A stretch of 11,280 nucleotides of DNA, from NCBI GenBank assembly GCA_040255445.1, contig JBDZUZ010000129.1, positions 1 to 11,280 on the forward strand. The letters run 5' to 3'. Position 1 is the stretch's first letter. Each line of letters starts with the position of its first letter. This document shows, piece after piece, positions 7,481-11,280 of the stretch. The notes beneath the pieces were generated by a model. It searched no databases. It was not told the DNA's origin and worked only from the letters and a program-made list of their open reading frames with translations. Both the position numbers and the translations under genes were made by a program. This DNA comes from Planctomycetaceae bacterium (GTDB taxonomy: Bacteria; Planctomycetota; Phycisphaerae; Phycisphaerales; UBA1924).

Positions 7481-7532
7481 GTGCCATCATGATCGCCTGC
7501 TTTGAGGCGATCGTGATGGGCTCGGCGCCGCA
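7481..7532 (+). repeat. 52-bp GC-rich hairpin repeat, copy 2.
   Basis: GTGCCATCATGATCGCCTGCTTTGAGGCGATCGTGATGGGCTCGGCGCCGCA. The only difference from copy 1 is one base in the loop (C to T). It starts 2 nt after the stop of the 6316-7479 gene and lies between convergent genes. Confidence 0.8.
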
Positions 7533-7631
7533 CAGCAGCAACGCCACATCTCCACTCGACTCGTCTGCACCCTTCCTCGAGATTCACCCAAACCGCACCG
7601 GCCGGCTCTCAGAGCCGTCGCGAGCGTGAAC

Positions 7632-8837
7632 TCAGCACGAGCCTTCCCAGAGGTAGAAGAACCGGTTGATATCGTAACCATCGACCCCGCCGGACTGGTC
7701 AATATCGGCGCATGGAGACCCGCGCTGCCAGTCCTCGAAGAACGCGAAGATATCGTCGCCGTCGACGCCGCCCGAACCATCAAAGTCGCCAGGGCAGGGC
7801 TTGTTGCACGGCCAGTACACGCAGCCTTCGATCTCGAGCGTGTAGGTTGCCTCCAACGCGGCATCGCCCGTCCATCCGGTGACGATGCAGGCGGACCCGG
7901 GGCCATCCGGGCCGCGCTCGATGCCCGAGATGCCGGTCTGCCAGAGGGCTGCCCCTTCACAGCCGAGCGGCACGCGTGGGTGCGTGGTCACAGCGAGCAG
8001 ATAAGTGCTCGCGCCGCCGACCGCGCTGTTGGTCAATCTGGCCGAAACGCCGGCCGGATCGTTCTGAACATTCGCCGCGAGCGCGAGGCCGCGGCCGTCG
8101 TGATCGAGCAGGTACAGCGCGATGTCTCGGTAGGCACAGGTCACCGACGCCGCGAACGCCGCGGGGTTGCTGATGCGGACGGCATAGATATCGACATCGG
8201 TCCCCGCGCGCAGCCGGCCCATGATCGGGAGCGGATAGTCCGGATCACCGCCCGGCCAATCTGCATCTGCCGGCAGGTTGTTCGCGGTCGCATCATGCTC
8301 TTCCCGATCGAAGTACCAGTATTCGCTCTCCCATCTCATGCGACCGTGTTCGATACGCAAGGACGACGTGCTGTTCTCCGTGGCCGTGCTCGACGCGGCG
8401 AAACCGGATGGACCAAAGGTCGCCGGCTCCAGCGCGATCGCCAGGTACGCGATTCCGCAACAGCGCTCACCATCGCGGCCATCGAAGGGGATGGGCCCGG
8501 ACGAAGGGCGGCTCGGCAACGGCACACCGAAGGAGAGCGCTGCGTGTTCCGCCACGCCCTCGCCGTGGTCGCTCGCAATCAACTCGCCCTGGTTGTTGTA
8601 GACTCCGATCGCGATGTCGCCGCCCTCGACGCCGATATCGAGGAAGTTCTCGTAGCTGGCTAAGAACGGTGTGCCGTCGATGCGATACCAACGGACGGCC
8701 GGGCCGGCGAGGCTGAAGGTCCTTGCCTCGACCGTCCCCCGGGCTCTCATATCCAGCCGCTCCGCCATTGGCTGCGCGAGAGAGTGTGCAGAAATCAGCG
8801 TGGTCAGAAGCACACCAATCTGAATCGTTCGATGCAC
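7632..8837 (-). CDS. Secreted protein with C-terminal tandem dockerin-like/EF-hand-like Ca-binding repeats and a Cys-rich region.
   Basis: GTG start at 8837, preceded by GGAGGG with a 6-nt spacer. Signal peptide VHRTIQIGVLLTTLISAHSLA/QP. The C-terminus GDFDGSGGVDGDDIFAFFEDWQ...ADIDQSGGVDGYDINRFFYLWE carries two DxDxSGGVDGxDI..FF repeats. Several Cys residues (CVYWPCNKPCPG). Confidence 0.75.
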   Translation of the reverse strand: MHRTIQIGVLLTTLISAHSLAQPMAERLDMRARGTVEARTFSLAGPAVRWYRIDGTPFLASYENFLDIGVEGGDIAIGVYNNQGELIASDHGEGVAEHAALSFGVPLPSRPSSGPIPFDGRDGERCCGIAYLAIALEPATFGPSGFAASSTATENSTSSLRIEHGRMRWESEYWYFDREEHDATANNLPADADWPGGDPDYPLPIMGRLRAGTDVDIYAVRISNPAAFAASVTCAYRDIALYLLDHDGRGLALAANVQNDPAGVSARLTNSAVGGASTYLLAVTTHPRVPLGCEGAALWQTGISGIERGPDGPGSACIVTGWTGDAALEATYTLEIEGCVYWPCNKPCPGDFDGSGGVDGDDIFAFFEDWQRGSPCADIDQSGGVDGYDINRFFYLWEGSC

Positions 8838-9198
8838 CGTGCACCCTCCAGGCTCGCCCGTTCGCTACAGCGGAGAGGGTCGGACCGCACATTTCCGATC
8901 CGAACCGCGTGTCCGCGCAGCCTACCAGACTTCCCTCAAGTCGCGAGTGAAATTTCAGTCGCGTGCGTGATAACACCGCGGACGACCGTCATCCCGATAG
9001 ACTCCAGGCCGAGGACCAGTGCTCCGATCGCGGCTTCATAACCCCGCTTTCAACCATGCTCCCTTCTCGATGTCCTGTCGCCGCCGCTGCAATCCTCGCG
9101 ACCATCCGCCGAATGAAGTGATGTGCGATCACCATCGCTCGTGTTGGAGCGATCGCGGTAGAGTTGGCCGCCCGAGTGAGGAGTCGTAGGCTATTACC

Positions 9199-9567
9199 AT
9201 GCTTTCAAAGACCACGCTAATCGCGCTCGTACCTCTCTTGACCCTGCTCATCGCGCAGGCATCGCCGGCCGCGCTGCAGACCGAGCAGCCGATGTCGCCG
9301 CCCGCTGCGCAGCCCGGCATCACGGAGGGACAGCCGGCAGACGGTCCAACGCAGCGGCCCGAAGAGGCAGCGCTCGTGCAGCCGCCGGAGCCCGAGGCTG
9401 CAACCACCCCAGCCCCCGGCCGCGCTGTCCCCGCGCCCAACACCCCGGCCAACCCCGCCCCCGGCGGTCAGACCGTCCTGCCCCTTTCGCCCATCCTTCT
9501 GCTCCTGGGCCTGCTCGCCGCGGCGGTCATCATCGGGATCATCTCGATCTTCAGACGCAAGAAATGA
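9199..9567 (+). CDS. Small secreted Pro-rich protein carrying the same C-terminal TM-plus-basic module as the 6316-7479 gene.
   Basis: Signal peptide MLSKTTLIALVPLLTLLIAQA/SP. Pro/Ala/Glu-rich low-complexity middle region. C-terminus PNTPANPAPGGQTVLPLSPILLLLGLLAAAVIIGIISIFRRKK*. About 80% nucleotide identity to 7348-7479 over the last ~130 nt. Confidence 0.65.
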   Translation: MLSKTTLIALVPLLTLLIAQASPAALQTEQPMSPPAAQPGITEGQPADGPTQRPEEAALVQPPEPEAATTPAPGRAVPAPNTPANPAPGGQTVLPLSPILLLLGLLAAAVIIGIISIFRRKK

Positions 9568-9603
9568 TGGGATGCGCGCCCCGGCCACGGCGCAGCGCGT
9601 CCA

Positions 9604-9837
9604 TCAGGTACGCTGCTCCGCCCCCTCCCCATACTCAAACACCTCCTCCACATCCCGTCCGAACACCCGCGCGATTGCGAACGCCAGCTCCAGCGACGGT
9701 GCGTACTTCCCGCCCTCGATCGCGTTGATCGTCTGCCGCGTGACGCCGGTGCGATCGGCGAGCGCCTGCTGCGTCATCTCGCCGTGCATGAAGCGCAGCT
9801 CGCGGATGCGGTTGGTGATGCGTGGCTTGTCCGCCAT
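9604..9837 (-). CDS. XRE-family HTH transcriptional regulator (YozG/HTH_26-like, 77 aa).
   Basis: MADKPRITNRIRELRFMHGEMTQQALADRTGVTRQTINAIEGGKYAPSLELAFAIARVFGRDVEEVFEYGE fits the Cro/C1 HTH pattern (GvsrqtIs.iE.GKy.PSL.LaF.iA..f). The ATG at 9837-9835 overlaps the stop of the upstream membrane-protein gene, and GGGAGGG lies 5 nt upstream. The ORF-track N-terminal extension to 9999 is rejected. Confidence 0.85.
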   Translation of the reverse strand: MADKPRITNRIRELRFMHGEMTQQALADRTGVTRQTINAIEGGKYAPSLELAFAIARVFGRDVEEVFEYGEGAEQRT

Positions 9838-10346
9838 CACATCCCTCCCATCCCGCGCCGGTAGTACACGATCTGCAGCGTGTACTTGAGGACCTCCGAC
9901 ACGAACATCGACCCCAGCAGCAGGTGCGCCACCCACACCGGCGCTGCGCCGACGACCATCGCGCTGATCCCGCAGATCACGCCAGCGCCCACGATCCACG
10001 CCGCGTTGCTCTCCGCCCGCCAGCCGATCAGCCGGTCGCGCTCATCGCGATGATCGGGCGATCGCGCGCTGCCGGCCCCGCCGCCGAGCCGCTCACCGAT
10101 GAGCGCGGCGAGGTGCCCGACCACCAGCACGACGACCATCAGCACCACCGCCGCGGCGAACAGCGGCACATACGCCGGCAGCGCCATCACCCCGTTGGCC
10201 ATCATGGCCCCCGCCACGGCGAAGTACCCGCCCAGGACGACCACCATGGAAATCAGCTGCACCCAGACGCTCTTCTCGCTGTACGACCCCACCGGACCCT
10301 CCCTTCCAAGCCGCTCGGGCCCGTGCAGGTCGCATCGAGCCGACAT
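9837..10346 (-). CDS. Small integral membrane protein (about 4 TM), translationally coupled upstream of the XRE regulator (DUF2178-like arrangement).
   Basis: Four hydrophobic segments (VWVQLISMVVVLGGYFAVAGAMM, ALPAYVPLFAAAVVLMVVVLVVGHLAALI, AAWIVGAGVICGISAMVVGAAPVWVAHLLLGSMF). Ends ...RRGMGGM* with ATGTGATG overlap onto the regulator start. Start ATG 10346 is chosen because a sigma70-like promoter sits immediately upstream. An alternative GTG start ~70 nt downstream has a GGAAGGGAGGG SD. Confidence 0.65.
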   Translation of the reverse strand: MSARCDLHGPERLGREGPVGSYSEKSVWVQLISMVVVLGGYFAVAGAMMANGVMALPAYVPLFAAAVVLMVVVLVVGHLAALIGERLGGGAGSARSPDHRDERDRLIGWRAESNAAWIVGAGVICGISAMVVGAAPVWVAHLLLGSMFVSEVLKYTLQIVYYRRGMGGM

Positions 10347-10353
10347 GATGTCA

Positions 10354-10382
10354 AAAATACGCGACGCTGGGAGTTGTGTCAA
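10354..10382 (-). promoter_or_regulatory. Putative sigma70-type promoter (TTGACA-17 nt-TATTTT) for the membrane-protein/XRE operon, giving a near-leaderless transcript.
   Basis: On the minus strand the -35 TTGACA is at 10382-10377 and the -10 TATTTT at 10359-10354. The spacer is exactly 17 nt and the ATG at 10346 is 7 nt downstream of the -10. Confidence 0.4.
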
Positions 10383-10453
10383 GTAAAGCAGACACAGAAT
10401 CGGCGTGTCCACAGGGACCACCCGCCCCGCGGCCCTCGAATAGGCTGGCCACG

Positions 10454-11280
10454 ATGCTAATCCGCCTGATCGCGATCGCCGTCCTGCTCGGTCCGGCTGT
10501 CCTGCTCGGCCCCGCCGCGATCTCTGCCGCCGCGGCGGCCGCGGCACCCGCGCCTACCGCCGCGCCCGCGGCCGTGTCGCCGCCGGTCATCCTCGTCACC
10601 CGCGCTGCATCGCTCTCATCGGACCGCCCGCCTGCGACGCCGATGCTCCGCCGCCTCGCCGGGGAGATCGATGCCGCGGAAGGGCCGCGGTTCGCCGCGC
10701 TCCAGTCCGTCCTGCGAGCGCCGCCGCTCCGCGCAGTGCCCGATCCCGCGCCGGTGACCTTCCTCACGCTGCACATCTTCAGCGCAGCGCCGGCGCGCAC
10801 CATCACACTCGCGCGCGATCACGCCGGCGCCGTCTTCGCGATGCAGACAAACGCCCGCGGCGACATCACCTGGTCGCGCCTCGACCCCGACCGATTCCGC
10901 AACGCCGGCTTCGGCTGGATCGATACGCCCGATGCATCCGACACGCCGGGCGCATCGCAGGATGCACCACCGTCGCCTGATGCGCCGCAATCTCCGGCCA
11001 CATCGCCCGCGAAACAGCCCGCCTCCGGCGAAGTCGCGTTGCTCCCACCGCCGTACACACCGGCCACCATCACACTCACCCCGCGCGAAGTCTCCCGCCG
11101 CATGCCCGGCCGGAATGGCCTTCGGTTCGGCGACCTCGCACGCGACATCACCAGCGAGTCTTTCCAACTCCGCCTTCCCAAGAGCCACAACCCCGCCGCC
11201 GCGGCGGGCCTGCTCGTGTGGATCAGCCCGATGGCCAGCGGCGCTCCGCCGCGTTCGCTGTGGGACGCGGCCGACGAGCT
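10454..11280 (+). CDS. Secreted hypothetical protein, 3'-partial (runs off the window end).
   Basis: ATG 10454, open to the window end with no stop. Strong GC3 bias. Signal-peptide-like N-terminus MLIRLIAIAVLLGPAVLLGPAAISAAAAAAA. Ala/Pro-rich. The stretch FQLRLPKSHNPAAAAGLLVWISPMASG loosely resembles the Y.LYLPkgYdp..kyPLvlfLHG lead-in of esterase/peptidase-like alpha/beta hydrolases, but without the HG. Confidence 0.55.
   Translation, partial: MLIRLIAIAVLLGPAVLLGPAAISAAAAAAAPAPTAAPAAVSPPVILVTRAASLSSDRPPATPMLRRLAGEIDAAEGPRFAALQSVLRAPPLRAVPDPAPVTFLTLHIFSAAPARTITLARDHAGAVFAMQTNARGDITWSRLDPDRFRNAGFGWIDTPDASDTPGASQDAPPSPDAPQSPATSPAKQPASGEVALLPPPYTPATITLTPREVSRRMPGRNGLRFGDLARDITSESFQLRLPKSHNPAAAAGLLVWISPMASGAPPRSLWDAADE

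Noticed and set aside
6240-7532. Interpretation of the two 52-bp direct repeats as integron attC sites, a CRISPR array, or IS terminal repeats.
   Set aside because: Only two copies 1.2 kb apart, which is not CRISPR. There are no GTTRRRY/RYYYAAC core sites or attC-like extrahelical-base architecture. There is no transposase, and the repeats are direct, not inverted. REP-like or terminator-like hairpin is the conservative reading.
9217-9588. 123-aa minus ORF, and 9129-9452 minus ORF, antisense to the small secreted protein gene.
   Set aside because: Gly/Arg-rich mirror-image translations of a Pro/Ala-rich gene. No start context. Artefacts.
9838-9999. N-terminal extension of the XRE regulator ORF (MDRGRWRDLRDQRDGRRR...).
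   Set aside because: The extension lies inside the upstream membrane-protein gene in another frame. The HTH domain with a perfect SD-ATG arrangement begins at 9837, and a size of 77 aa is typical for this family.
1-11280. Search for tRNA/rRNA genes, IS elements and CRISPR arrays.
   Set aside because: No cloverleaf-compatible segments, no rRNA-like conserved stretches, no transposase/integrase-like ORFs and no short regularly spaced repeats were seen. The only non-coding stretches longer than 150 nt are 8838-9198 and 2776-2963, and both look like promoter regions.

Overview
This is a high-GC (~67%) bacterial chromosomal segment. The first gene, a prepilin-type N-terminal / DUF1559 'H-X9-DG' protein, is a family typical of Planctomycetota/Verrucomicrobiota, so the window is probably from that group. 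Fourteen protein-coding features are called on both strands. They include housekeeping asnS, a flotillin, a YdcZ transporter, and several accessory-type modules. The most interesting of these, each detailed in the findings: (1) a Panacea-domain antitoxin with a MazF/PemK-family toxin that is frameshifted at a C7 homopolymer; (2) two paralogous secreted proteins sharing a conserved C-terminal module with the architecture of a protein-sorting signal, possibly an unrecognised one; (3) a 52-bp hairpin repeat present twice, bracketing one of those paralogs; (4) a stand-alone DarG/TARG1-type macrodomain protein with no DarT; (5) a YozG-like XRE regulator translationally coupled to a 4-TM membrane protein; (6) a secreted protein with dockerin/EF-hand-like repeats. 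No rRNA, tRNA, CRISPR array or transposase was recognised. Many long antisense ORFs are judged to be high-GC artefacts.
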